This document shows positions 1 through 13,700 of a DNA stretch of 64,000 nucleotides, piece after piece; the stretch's first letter is position 1, and the number at the start of each line of letters is the position of its first letter. The notes under the pieces are model-generated. The model made no database searches. It was given only the letters and a program-made list of their open reading frames with translations, and had not been told where the DNA came from. Source of the DNA: Pocillopora damicornis (taxonomy: Eukaryota). Both the position numbers and the translations under genes were made by a program. The stretch is from positions 248,001-312,000 of the forward strand of contig NW_020843402.1 in assembly GCF_003704095.1 (NCBI RefSeq). The letters are read 5' to 3'.

Positions 1-1437
1 GGATTATGCCTTGATTCTTAAGCGAGAGACAAGCGCGAGGTTTTTATTCTTAAGCTAAAACCCAAAGATTAAAATGTCGCGAGATCGTTATCATTTGAGG
101 CAATCATCTAGAGCTTTCAACACACGAAGAGAGCATTTGGCTCATTATTTCGTCCTCGGCGATTGTTATCTTCTTTGTTTTGATGTGAAAGAAATAGCCG
201 CCATACGGAAAACAGATGTAAATATGGAAAGTTACGGCTGTTTTCTTGTCAGCTCTTTTCTCAGCAATTACGTGTATTTAGCTGCGTGCAAGACATGTCT
301 AGAATTTTAATTTGATATAAAATGGCTTTATAAGTGTAATTACACGTGTTATCTGAAGAATGACTCGAGGCTTTTTATTACTGTGTTTTTCAAGGTGACA
401 ACTCAATGTTGTAGCTTCATAATAGCATAAATAGCAGTTTTTATCTTGCGCTGCCCATCGTAGGTGCACGGAAAGCTGCTTGTTCCTTTGTCTTCCTTCC
501 CTACTAAAATGATTCAGAACTAATTTACATGCAAATTTGTCTTGCTTATTGGCAAAGAGGAAAAAAAGCATGCTTTTCAGACAACCCGGGATTCAGGATA
601 TGTCTTATCTTCGTTATCCTGTTCAATAAATTTAAAGAATAAATTATTATGTACATGTTGTTATGTTAACTTCTAAAACTCGACCCGTCATGAAAATTTG
701 ATCTTTGGAATTCTTGATCATCTTTTTACGGACAAGAAATGCTCGTCTGTACTTTCCAACTAACATTTGCAGGCGATTGACTATTAATTATATTTTTTTT
801 TTATAATAGGCTAAAAGTCTTTGTATTCTGTCAAATTTAATTTTCTTTTAAGCGCAACTTTTTCTTAAGTCCCAATTTAAATTTGACTCAATGATGTGCG
901 GTATTTCTCAGGTGTCTTTGTTTATAGTGCGAAAGAGCGTGTGATTTAGATAAAAGAGTTTGCTCCATTTTTACGGAAGTGCAAATCATGCTCAGCTAAT
1001 TCTAAGTGACTTCTACAGCAAATATTGGATTATCCCCTCCTGAAGTTCTTTTTTCCTTAATAATGGGACTTAATTAAATCTTTTGTGAGTTCACGGTAAA
1101 TGTCATTTTCAACGAGCGGTAAACTTAATAAATGGTGCTTCTCGTGAAAATTACTCAGATCCATGCTGAAACAGACATACAGAAAAAATAAAATTGGACG
1201 CTTGTCAAGCAAAAGCGTCTTATTATCCATGGGTAACCCCATCTTTCATAAAAGTTGAATGAATAAAATTATCTCCTGCATTACAAATACAACCCTTACT
1301 TATAAATACAACTAGTCCCTTTCCTCTCGAACTGTTGTGTTACAAGGATCCGGCGTGCTGCGCTGTTTTATCGACAACTCTTCCGTTATGTACAACCAAA
1401 CGCCATCGCTTCTGTCGGACTTCAGTTCCCATAATAT

Positions 1438-2484
1438 TCAACAATTAGTGGTACACTGTTCATTGCTATAGATAGTTGTGAGTGTTTTATTCGCTCGGCT
1501 TTCGCATCTTGCTTTTCCATCCTTGCAAATCAAACGGGGTAATAGTTCTTTGAAGTCTCTTTTTCTAAAAATGTACATAAGGGGATTTAAAAACGAAGTA
1601 ACAAATCGAGAGTAGTAATAAAACACATACAGCACCCATGCTGGTGGATCAAACGTTTGCTGGGCGTTCAGCTCCTGAAAACTCAAAATAAAATATGGCA
1701 GCCAACAGACGGTAAATATGACGAGCATCGCCAGGAAAATGGTGACAGTTTTGCGCTGTGCATAGTTATGCGATTCTTCTTTTCCTTTGGCGGAAAAATG
1801 CTGATCAGAAGGGCTGTGAAATCGCCATATCCGTTTCTCGTGGTACCGAACCGTACTGAAAATGCGAATGTATATATAAGCCATCACCAACAGTGGTATC
1901 ACAAAAAATAGCACAAAAGTAGCGAGGTCATAAGTTTTCTGAAATTTTTCGGCGGTTTCGGCTGCTTCCTCGCTCCGACCTACCCGCCAAGATAGTTGTA
2001 TCAGAGAAACGAACGCAGCCATAAACCACGCCAAGCTTATGAGCGCGAAGAACGCGCGCCGTGTTACGATGTTATGATAGCGCATGGCGTGCGTTATGGC
2101 GATGTAGCGGTCCACAGACACCAGTAGAATATGCACTACGGTAGATACAGAAATGAATCGCCATGTTAGATTTGAGATAGCACAGGTTGTGAAGCTGTGA
2201 GTAGCTGAACAATAAAGTGTAGCAGGAATTCCACACAATCCTGCGAGTAGGTCACTAGCAGCTAGGCTCACAAGAAATGAGTTGGTGACAGACCGGAGTG
2301 TGCGATGGCGAATGAATAAAATTATGACAGTTAAGTTGACGGCGATGATAAATATGGCCAGAACGATTGGAAACGTGTCGAATTCCGCATCGAAAGCTCC
2401 GATTTCTTCGTCTCCATAATTTTCACCGCTACCTGATTCGGAATCATTGGGGGTGTTATTGTTTGATCTGGGTCCTTCTGTCAT
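1438..2484 (-). CDS. Intronless rhodopsin-family (class A) GPCR, amine/adenosine-receptor-like, 348 aa
   Basis: Seven hydrophobic segments with N in TM1, LAASD in TM2, VDRY after TM3, W in TM4, FVIP in TM5, CWLPYF in TM6 and NPLMY in TM7. Confidence 0.93.
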   Translation of the reverse strand: MTEGPRSNNNTPNDSESGSGENYGDEEIGAFDAEFDTFPIVLAIFIIAVNLTVIILFIRHRTLRSVTNSFLVSLAASDLLAGLCGIPATLYCSATHSFTTCAISNLTWRFISVSTVVHILLVSVDRYIAITHAMRYHNIVTRRAFFALISLAWFMAAFVSLIQLSWRVGRSEEAAETAEKFQKTYDLATFVLFFVIPLLVMAYIYIRIFSTVRYHEKRIWRFHSPSDQHFSAKGKEESHNYAQRKTVTIFLAMLVIFTVCWLPYFILSFQELNAQQTFDPPAWVLYVFYYYSRFVTSFLNPLMYIFRKRDFKELLPRLICKDGKARCESRANKTLTTIYSNEQCTTNC

Positions 2485-4398
2485 CTTTTCGTTCGTTATA
2501 GTGCCCGTCTTTTTCTCAAATCTAAAACACGGTTGTTTGGCAGTCGGCAGCTAGCAGTAACTTTTGGTGATATCGGCAAGCTAAGTGATTGTTCTGAAAT
2601 TTCAACCAGTTGTGTATTGTGATATTATTCCAGGTTTCGTTCTCACCTCTTTGCTTCCTTTGTTTGTGTATCATCCGCTTGATGAAAGTCCCGGAAAGAT
2701 TAAAACATTTTAAGAAATATTAGTGTTATTACCATGTAGATTTTGAGACCCAACAGAGTTTCCCTTCTCTTTTGTTTGATTTCTGTATCGAAAGCGAGCA
2801 ATGATCCCTGCCTAGACAAGTTTCACTGCTTCATACCGAGTTGCAAGGTTTGAATTGCTACCTGTCGTTGGCGTCAAGAGCATGTAACAGATACCTTCCA
2901 CTCGAGAGTCACTTGGGCTTTTTAACAGATCCCAGCAGCTGAGTTGTGTCTGACAGCACGAGTTATTATAACAAATTGACGACATTCTAATAAGAAAAAA
3001 ATTTACGATGTTTTCTCGCCTAACGTTTGGTCTAGAAATGGCCATATTTTTCCAATTATGTTTATTTTTAAGTCAGCCACTCAAAGCCGCGAGTAATTAA
3101 AACGGGCGAGGTTTTCCTGAGTGGAATTCAACTTCATTAATTCAATCATTTTGATAGTTTTTAGGATGCTGAAGTTTTAGTTTTTTTTTCTAGCCTCATA
3201 ATTGCTACATTACCAATATTCCTATTTGCAATTCAGCCATATTTTCAATCTGTTAAAATCCGGGATTCACAGTGATTTTTTTTCCTTTTTGACTTTTGAT
3301 AACTACGTCTTGTTGTAATCTGGGGTAACATCTGTTTTACGTATTCAGTCGTCCTCTAAACTCGAATCGATCAGTTCTGCATTTTCACTTATTTTATTAC
3401 GTTTGTCAAAATATTATTTCGTCATCGATAATGCAGTCCAATATCTATTTCCTTCTTGAGTCGATTAAAAGAATTCCTTGATCACGTTTTTAAACTTTGC
3501 TATTTTCATAAGGAATATGATATTCGCTTTGATTATTCTTAATAAAACTGCGTTAGCTTGCTGTGTTTTCCTACCTGTCTTTTTGACCGGTTTTCCCTCA
3601 GAAACGCGCGCAGCTGCTATGTCAATATTCTGGGCGAACACAAAACCTCTTCGGTTGTTAAATTGGTAGAAGGGTTACCCTGCAAATGGATCAGAGTATG
3701 GAAAGTAAATAACAACTTGAATGAAACTGCAGAAAGTCGCTCACGTAATCGTGTCAATCGTTAAGTGTAAATTCAGGAAGATATTATCAAATGAATGCTA
3801 ACCGCGCAGGATAACCGCTACTAGCAATGATTGAAGTTACTGGCCTTATAATGGTCTGTAAACATATCTTGTAAGGTTTGTCAGCTGAATTATCTGGTTA
3901 TTGTGGCCTAACAGCAGAGAATATTGAAATGAGCTGTGCATTTGTGAGAAGTTTACGTGGGAGGAGGATGCATTTTAATTTGGCAATGTGAAATGCTCTC
4001 TTGAGTAAAGTTCCTATTCAACAAAAGAGTAATTTTTGGAGTCCTCTGTTGAGATCCACGGCTCCCAAGGGCTGAAATTTATCAATATTTCAAAGGGGCT
4101 CGGAAATAACCGTGAAATGGAATTGTCATTAACAAAAGAGATAGGATTGTAGAGGTTCAAGGGGAGAAGAGTGTCATTACCTCGGTGTGCATTAGTTTAC
4201 GAGGGCGAACTAAAACATAATTATCACTCTAAGTAATAAAATGACAAAAGGCATTGAAAATGAAAATATTTTGAAACAAACGAGTCTTTTTCCTATCAAT
4301 CAAAAGTACTCATTATAAGAAATCTCCTTTCATCGGTGTTAACGTTTTTCAAAATACAAAAGAGAAACCTAAATAATTGAATTGAAGGAAACATTCTA

Positions 4399-4480
4399 NN
4401 NNNNNNNNNNNNNNNNNNNNNNNNNNNNNNNNNNNNNNNNNNNNNNNNNNNNNNNNNNNNNNNNNNNNNNNNNNNNNNNN
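4399..4480. other. Assembly gap (82 N)
   Basis: Run of N. Confidence 0.98.
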
Positions 4481-4673
4481 GATAGAGGCAAGAAACAAGA
4501 AATTGAAGTGAGGGAACTTTTTTGTTTCGGAATTAGAGAATATTTTTTTAACCGAACTTTTGATAGTATATCGTTCTGCTTGGCGCTTTTCGGAAATGTC
4601 TGATTCAGTAGTTCGATAGGCGTGGTTAAGATAAACAAATATAATCTTTAGCACAGACTAGAAGTGTTAAACC

Positions 4674-4745
4674 CTCGGCCAGCCTTCTCGGCCAGCCTTC
4701 TCGGCCCAGCCTTCTCGGCCAGCCTTCTCGGCCCAGCCTTCTCCC
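4674..4745 (+). repeat. GC-rich tandem repeat, 13-14 bp unit (CGGCC[C]AGCCTTCT), about 5 copies
   Basis: Seen directly: tcggccagccttctcggccagccttctcggcccagccttctcggccagccttctcggcccagccttctc. Confidence 0.85.
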
Positions 4746-7700
4746 CTCCCCTTTTGTTTAATGTTAATTCCCACTTTCAGAGGCCGAAAAATCGTTTTTT
4801 CTTTTATTTGATTAGAGTGAATTCAAACATTTTACCTAACGTCTCCATAAAAAAATTCTGAGATCTTTAAAAGCACCCGAGTTATTTAGAAAAACTTATT
4901 TTCAAACAAAAGTTACTATATCAGGAAGGTGTCATAGTCTCGTACAGAGGCGAATTCCTTGGCGGAATTTTCGCGGCAACCGCTCATTTTGGGCCTCGTT
5001 TTTCATGTTATTTGCATATTTTGTTTACATCGCGCTCTCGGTAAAATTCACTCGTGGAAGCTCTTTGCTTAGGGAAAAATCTTTGCTCATGGGAGAATCA
5101 AAAGCGGAGGAAAGTACTCGTTAAAAAAAAAAAACGGAGCTCCATGCTAGCGTTCAGATTTCGAACAAAGGAGTCGCCGTCAAACCAAAAATTGTTATAC
5201 ATAAAGTTAAAAAGGAGATTTCCTTTCATTTTTACAAGTACCAGCCATGATACAAAATCATCAACAATCGCCTCAAACCGTAATTTTGACTGTCGATTCG
5301 TTGTCTTGCTTCTCAGCATATTTTCCGTTTTTTCCATTTTGCCGGGGGGTTTTCCTTTGCCTTTGGCAACTTTGCCTATTATTGTGTCGTCCTTCTCAAC
5401 CCTCCACTGAACGATCGAGATTAAGGGAAAACGTGTCTGCAATTGGCTACATTGACGCCAGGAGGTCCCGTTTTCCCATTGGTTTGCGGTTTCAGGAGGC
5501 GTGATAATCTGTTGGCGTGACGCGAGACGAACCTTATGGGTCCTTATGAGCTTAACTCTCGCATTTGACTTTGGACGAATACATTCACCGTAAGCGAATT
5601 TAAAGGGTATATAGATGTGACCGATTTTCGTCAAATTTCGCTAAAACATTCCAGGAATAAAGAAAAACGAAATTTTTTTAGGGAAATTTTGATATTTGAA
5701 ATATTTGTCCGTGGCGTCCAAACACGCCTCGCATATTTTTATCTACTCCAGAATGTGAATGAGACTGTGCAGCCATTTTTCTTGTGCTGCGGCATCCGAT
5801 ACCCGATAAATTCAATGGAAGAATCCACGGCCGTTTCACGCCTTACGGGCTCCTGTTACTTCCTAAAAACACTCGCTTAAATTATATTTTTATCGTAAAC
5901 TGCAGTTATTAACCTTTCTTCTGATATATAGTTTGCTACGATTTAAGTGAAACTAGCGCGCGTACAAATTTTTCCCGAAGGGCACCCGCGAAGGTGGTAA
6001 GTAACATCAGACGCCTCACGGAAACAGACACCTGCCTATTTTGTCTAGAACGAATGATAATTTGGCTTTGTTACCGGCCCCCATTGACATACTAATGGCG
6101 ACTTAAATGTTTTTCACTTGTTCGATTGCCTTAAGCTCTTTCAGACTCCCAGAGCTTAGATCAATTTGTCGTATAGCATATCCAGAAATTGTTTATTTTT
6201 TTAGCTGCGATGCTTCTACGCGGGAAGGTTTGTTTTGTTAGTTTTCTCTTGTGGTTGTTCCAGACGGTCTCCCAAAAATTATAGTATTAGACTTAGGAAG
6301 TGATGTGTCCAAAGTTTTGTAATGCTGTCATTTACGATTATTGTACCCTTGAATCAGACACAATCGTAGAAACGCAACTGTTTACTTTTTCTCGTCAATA
6401 TTAAATTCACAAGTTTACGGGAAAGTGATATATACCGACTGAAGTTGCCTCAGGTTTGAATATCCAAGTCTATACAGTTTATTCATGAAGCCAATTTTGT
6501 CGGCTGTCATTCCTTCAGGTTAACCGTTTTACAGTCGCACATGTGAAACATGTTTTCAAATGATTTCAGAAAAGAGCTCCCAACAGTGATGAGCTTTATT
6601 TCACGGATAGGCATCACTTAAGAAAAAATCTCTGATATTTGAAAGGTCGGCAGCTGGAAACGTTCGTGACATCGAGAGAGTCGGAATATCGAAAGTGCTG
6701 GTTATTGTTGTCGTTTCAGTATTTTGTTTTATAGTGAGTTTCATGGGTCTCTTTATATGGAAGGTCAATTTTAATGTAATTTTACTTTTACTTTTTTCAT
6801 GATATCGCGAGTTTATAATCCAACTGCACAAAGTAGAGTAAAAATATCCTGTGATATTGTGCGATTATTTGGACAGTTGTTTCTTTTGTGCTGTGAAAAA
6901 GAACCTCTTTAACCAGGTGTCGCCAGAGGCTCTTTCTATTGTTGTGTTATTGATAAGAAAAGGCGCACGAGAAAATATGATGAGCCTTAGAAGTTGTAGA
7001 GAGCCGTACAAAGGATACACCCTTGAAAATCAAGCGGCGGTTTGAAGATGAAAATGTTTTCTTATTCTCTAGACAAGGCTGCAAGTGCAGAAAGAAAGTT
7101 TTGGAGAGGTTCTTTTGAGTGCAACACAAAATTGTTGCCTAAAACGTGTCTTCCTTTTTTGATGATTGAATTTTCATACAAATTGCAGTATGCAACTTCA
7201 GCCCCAAAAGCTTAAAATTCCAAACGTTTTGACAACTGTTACTTATATTGATAGTTCGCTTTTGTTACCCTCAAAGTTGCTAAAAAAGTTCGTCCCTACA
7301 TCGGAGTCCTCGATGCTACTGCAGCTTTTTTGTAGTTTGTAAGGAGAAAACCGTGAAAGGCATCTGGCTTACTTTTCCAGCTATGGTTTAGTTACCTACC
7401 TCATCAATTCTCAGGTGAAACGCTTTCTTCCATCTCCGGCGAGCGCTTTCTATTTGTATAGAAGGAACTTTTATTATTGTCACGATTTTTTACGTTTCAG
7501 ACCTTTGTTTTGAGCGATTTTTAAATCAACAGTTGCTTTAAATATTCCTTTAATTGCTTTTTCCTCATTCGTAATTGATATAGAAACTGTCTAATGCAGT
7601 TTACAAAAGGCTTCTTATTTGTCCATCATACTTTTGTTTGTACGAAAGTCCTTTGTTTCGTTATTGTCGGCATATAAAGACGTCAAATTATCATGAAAGG

Positions 7701-9419
7701 TTGGACCTTTTAACTGCGTCATACTTACAAAATAGATTGCGATGACACAGAGGCAATACAGCGAACGAAAAAACTGCAATTTTTATTGTCAGGGTAATAT
7801 GTCATGGAACGAACCTCTTTCATTAAAGAAGCAGAGAAAAATTCACGATGTTGACAGGCAATGAAAAGAAAAATGCAAGCCAATCTGGGGCTAAGAGCTG
7901 GAGTAAGCCGGCAACACTAGTCCAAGATTCGTTAAGTTCTGTGTAATTTTTTGTTGGAAATGATATATGCAAATCTTTGAGTTTACCATGCGAAGAGATT
8001 GTTTTGTGTTTGGGTGTCAGTTTCTTCTGAATTTAATGATTTATAGTAATGATAATTATCGCCGGCACTGTTTCGTGCTGGGTTGCATGGATTTCTCTTC
8101 TACATCACAATGCCCAAACTGATGATAACGTTCATTACGCTAGAGTCCTAACTATTTCAACATTCTGAAAAGAGTTTATTTACTCTTCGTTAACTAGACG
8201 TAAAGCATGTCAGTATTGTTGGTCGGCCCACTTTTTTCCCATAACATGTAGCATTTTGTAAGATCTTATCATGCTAGACGTTTTAGGTTTGCGACCGTAA
8301 TTTGTTAGCACATGAACTGCGTGCTATTAGGCTTTATTTGTGACGAATAAAAAGTTAACGAAATAGCTCTATTTTTTATTTAATATTGAGTAAGATTTTA
8401 TTGACAGGAGTCAACTTGTTTCTAAAGGTTTTTGTTCTGCTTTTCTTTTAAAGTTAGCACTGAATCGATCATACTTTTTATTAACGACAGTTGAAGTAAC
8501 TATATTTTAAACAAAAAGCATTAACTTTATTGTTGGTAGAGGAAAGACATGTTGCACTGATAATCTCGATTGTAACTACCTATTTGATAGTATTATAACT
8601 CTTTTTCTTAAAAGGAGGCGAGGTTGTGAGGAATTTGATGATTTTTTTTTTCATAAGAAAAACACACAATTTTGCTTTCTTTGTAGTTTTCATAGAATTT
8701 CTGCCCACGAAATGTTCGGTGGTTTGCTTTTCGATTTAACGACAAACCCCCGTCATCTGATCCATTGTTTACGTTTGATGTTTGATATGTCGGTGTCTGC
8801 AAACTTACTTTGCAGCGTTTTTATCTCGACTTATGCACCACTGCCAACTTTCTGTATTCAGCAGAATTTTATCATCGGCGTTTAAAGATTTTCATGTGTC
8901 AGAGAGGTCCCTTAATGACTTTTTTTTTTCATAAAACTGTGATTTGTCCTTTCGCCGAAATGAAATTTGAATCTATAATGTTCTTTGGTAGAAGCATTTC
9001 CGGTTCGTTTGACAAGAAGCTCTTGGGCCTTTTTCTCACTCGAATCATCCTGTGATCCACCTCATGAATATCTTCAGTGGTTGGGATTCTCATGCACTTG
9101 AAAAAAAAAAAAAGCTTGGCTTACCATTTGATTTCAAATTGGTAGCACGTCATGGTTACTTCGTTTGGCATGATTTGTTCCATAATTTGTCTGGTTTGAG
9201 AACTTTCCGTAGTATTCTTTTGACAAGTTTGCGCAGAAAAGTGTGTTGTGGCGAAATATCATATCACGTCGAAGTCCATTTTTTTCGTTGGCCGTATTAG
9301 ACAAATGCATTGCTGGTGGTAACTGATGGAAGTATGATATGAATCATGGCACCTGTTAGAATAAATCTACTACAATAAAACGAATTTAATGGGACAAGGA
9401 AGATCCCAAGTAATCCATG

Positions 9420-9490
9420 CTGTAGGATACGAACCTCACTGAGCTAGTCCTCACTACGCGCACCAGTGCTCTACCAACTAGCAACTAAGC
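9420..9490 (-). mobile_element. Degenerate tRNA-derived SINE head
   Basis: Reverse strand reads tagttggtagagcactgg...gaggttcgtatcc (A-box-like and B-box-like) without a complete cloverleaf. Confidence 0.45.
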
Positions 9491-9837
9491 TGCAGAAAAC
9501 CCCTTGCGAGTGCAACCGAAGCCAACCTCAAGTTTACTACGTTGAGTGAAGGCGTTAAATCTTGTCATAGAAAGAATAATTTTTACCTGAAATACAACGG
9601 CATAACTAAATTCCAATATCTTTTGCACAGTGATGTCAGGAATATGTACAAAAAAGACGCTCTTTCTTAAGGCTGTTGGTAACTTCAACTTTGCTAATTG
9701 CAGTCTACGGCCAGCACCGACAGACTTACTGCATAGTCTATGCGAGTGAATTATCAAAATTAAAAGTATTTGTTCTCGTTTATGGCGGCCTGCCAACATT
9801 AGAAAACAGACAGCAATGGAACCCATCTTGGACAGTT

Positions 9838-9870
<33 letters not shown>

Positions 9871-10735
9871 TTCATAGTCCATTTAGCGCGAATGCAGTGC
9901 GCTTCAAAAGGAAATGAAATCGAACTATGGAATAATTATGATATCAACTCAAACGAATCTGAACCAGGCTCAAGGAAGTCAACGTGGTTTTATCAATTGA
10001 ATTGATGATGTAAATTGGCCACCGTAGAGATTTCACAACTAAAGCTGGCGTTTCTAGCGTCAGCCCTTTGTCAGATCGAATTAGACGAATTCACCCTTGT
10101 TTTCTGACCCTTACCAACGCAGTACCACAGTTTCTTTGGAAACCTTCCCCCGTTAGGTCTAGTTACAGTTTTATGGTGTTGTCGTTGTCGTTGTCAAGTG
10201 AAAAGTGTCAAATAGTTTTCGCTTTTGTAAGCATGTTTGCTCTTGGACACCAATGTCACGAACTTTGTTCAAATTCTATCAAAATTTTGTTCTCGCTTGT
10301 CGGTCCTACGTGCCCCTCTGTTTAATATTGGACTGCTTTACCTGTGAATTTTAAGAAAATATTATCTTTACTGCAGTCTTTTAAATCTGCCCTAATGAAA
10401 AGACGATCGGATTATCAGGCTTTCAGTAATTGATTGTTTTTATTTATATATATATATATATGTGATAATTTGTTGTATTTTAGTTTCTTTCGATAAAAAG
10501 CTCTGCTTGTAAATAATTTTTTTTCTGTTAGAAGCGTGGGTTAATCCTCAAAAACCTCCAAGTGTTCGAGGTGGCTGATTAAACTTAGCCGCTGATATTA
10601 ATTATTTGTACCTAATGCAACCGGCATCGTTTCAGTCAGTCTTCTGAACGAAGATTTTACAAGCAGTTGTCTTTATCAACGTTATTCTTCAGGAGCCAGC
10701 GAGACCTAAATCACTTTTAAATTTTTTTCCCTCAG

Positions 10736-13700
10736 AAAACTTCGTCAAGAATTCAAGTACTGGTACCCAGTAGACTTACGTGTGTCTGGGAAAGATCTGG
10801 TGCCAAATCACTTGACATTCTTCCTGTACAATCACTGCGCTGTGTGGCCAAACGAGAAAGACAAGTGAGCATATTCAGAAAGATGAGATTTTCTGTGTTG
10901 TACTGTTTTAGTTAATAAACAATAAGCTCATCTGAAAAAGTTGGTGGACATTTTCTTCGATGAAACAGAATCGCATTCTTCAGTAAGAACTGACCAATTA
11001 TAATCACAGTTTAAGTGCAAATAAGGTCATTGCATAAAAGAAGTCTGAAAAATTCATCAATCAATGAGATCGCGTCTTGGAACTTTTTTTGCTTTTATCT
11101 ATTACTGATTCCCATCAGGACGACAGTACCAAGGCACAACCTTTAAAATTTTGGCAAATTTTGGCTTTAGTCTGAAGCCCATGATATGGTATGATATGAA
11201 AGGAAATGAGTTAAACAAGGCATCAAGCGACGCCAGGTAGGCAGGAATGTTCAAAACTACCCGCTTAGAATTTACTAAATGTTTCTTTTTTTATGTTTAA
11301 TTTTTCAAAGGTGGCCTCGAAGCGTGAGGGCCAATGGACACTTGTTACTCAACTCTGAGAAGGTATTGTGTAAAGGATTGTTTAATTTTCTCTAAATGTT
11401 TGGATTATTTTACAGCATCATGAATGTGTATCATTCAGCTGTGTAAGTTGTCGTCAGTTTTATGTTAAAATAGATGTCGACGGGTGATATCTCATATGTA
11501 TGATTTTGATTTCTAGATGTCGAAATCGACTGGAAACTTTCTTACTCTGAAACAAGCTGTTGAAAAGTTTTCCGCTGATGGTTAGTTTGACCCTCCCCTG
11601 TCTTCCCTCTTTTTATGTCATTTGTCGTCCAGTCTCTTGTCACCTTCTCTCGTCCATCCTTTAAGCCAACTTCCGTTCCCCCGACATTTTTCCCGTTTTA
11701 GGCATGCGCCTGGCCCTGGCTGATGCTGGAGACACAATGGAAGATGCAAACTTTGTAGAGTTGATGGCTGATGCAGGAATCTTACGTCTGTTCACTTTCC
11801 TCGAGTGGACAAAGGTCAGGACAAATAATTCCTCATCGTGGATTGAGTTAAAAAATGTATCAGAGTAGATTCTTTACCAGGCTCTTATGCTCTGTTACGT
11901 TGTTGTGTGTAAACATTGAGGAGGTTCTGAGTAAGCAGTCAGCCATATTTTATAATAAAGAATCAGATAGCAAATTCCATCCCCTCTAAAGACTTAATCC
12001 TTTCAGGACCTTTTAGTGAATTGGCACAACATTGGCTATTTTCAGAAGTAATCTGAAAATAGTCTGAAGTCCAGCACAAGACATCCAGTCGCTTAAATAT
12101 ATCTCCTCGCTATTTCGAGTGTTAAATCCCGACGTACTCTTTAAACACAGGAGATGCTTGCCAGCAAAGATTCTCTGCGCAAGGGGCCTGCAACATGTTA
12201 CGATGATCGAGTGTTTGAAAGGTAACTTTGGTGATAATTCGTGTAAATATCGTTTTTATTGATCCGGCTTGCGACTTTTGACGTGTTTAGAAGCTCTACT
12301 AATGAGAGGCAACTGATTACTTAAATTGTAGCTCCATCAACAAAGCTATAGAAGATTCTGATACAAACTATAAGAACATGATGTACAGAGAGGCACTCAA
12401 AACGGGCTTCTATGAACTGCAGGCAGCAAGGGACCGATACCGGGAGGGCTGTATGATGGGCATGCATAAAGACCTTGTGTTTCGGTTCATCGAGGTAGTG
12501 TGCTGTGCGAAGGTTGTTTTTTAACGTAGTTCCAAGTTGATTGGTGTTGAATGAAACTGTGAGACATAGTTTCTCGTTAGGTGTGTTCTTGTCGTTTTTT
12601 TTTTATCATTGCCGTTCTCTGAAGATCCCCTTGGGGAGATCTGGGTTCCAGTATTTTAAGCCCCAGCAGTTTCTTGAAGATCCTATTTCGGTTATATGCA
12701 TACTGTATCCGTTTCCCACCAAACATTCAACAAGAAATTTTCAAGGTATATGTGATTTTCCTTTTCCCAGGCAAGTTACTCTGAGTGTAGTGATAACATA
12801 AGCAAGGTTACCTCCTGAAAACTGCTTTCAATAGGGACTGCGTCAGAAAAGCTGCACTTTTCTAGGCTTCTCACGGCTGTAACCTGATTTCTTTATCTGT
12901 TTGTGTTGTTAGGTTCAAACCCTGTTGCTGTGTCCCATCTGCCCACATCTTGCCGAGCATCTCTGGGAACTCAACGGCAAGGTGCGCTATGGAAAAAAAT
13001 CAGAGAAAGTACTTCGCTCCATTTATATTTTTGATCCCTGGAAAGTCAAGCTATGATTTCTTCTCCGTGTGAGGGCAGAAGCATATAAGATTATATGCTA
13101 CTGTTGGAAAGTTATAATTCCCTTATAGAGGTTAAAATAGTTAGATCAATTGTAATAGTGCATTTTAGACCTGATTTTTTGTTAAACCAGACGAAAAAGC
13201 GATTCAGGGTCCTTGGGTATAGCCTGGCGTGTGGCCTCGTGTGTACCTTCGTGTTTGGCACTCTTACAAAACGACAGACCTATCAGGCTAAAACAACGCA
13301 CCGATAAACTTGTTTGTTTTCTTACGCGAGGAATTATTTAATAATGTTTGATATATAATATTCGGTGATGATGAACAATTGTGACAAATTTCAAAACTGA
13401 GCACGGTTTCTTATTCTTTTATTGGCAGACCGGTAGTATTATGGATGCATCATGGCCGGCAGTTGGAAAGGTGGATATGCCGTTGCTGAAGTCAGCGGAC
13501 TACTTAGCTGATCGCACTCACGAGTTCCGTTTGAGAATTAAAACCATGATGAACCCAAAGGGAAAAAAGGTGCTATCCTATAATACTTTCTTGTTTATGT
13601 GCATGAACAACACCCCTTTCCTTCGCCGCCTCTTTCCTCCCCCCCCTCCCCCGAGACAAACTGCACAGGGCAGTTTTCATTTGAATTTTAGAAGGAATTG

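Noticed and set aside
5054-5880. Overlapping 85-178 aa ORFs in a CpG-richer stretch
   Set aside because: No recognisable motif or splice-consistent structure. It may be a transposon remnant, but no TIR or TSD could be established.
9420-9490. tRNA gene (also ~37375-37425)
   Set aside because: Only degenerate A/B boxes without intact stems; SINE-derived.
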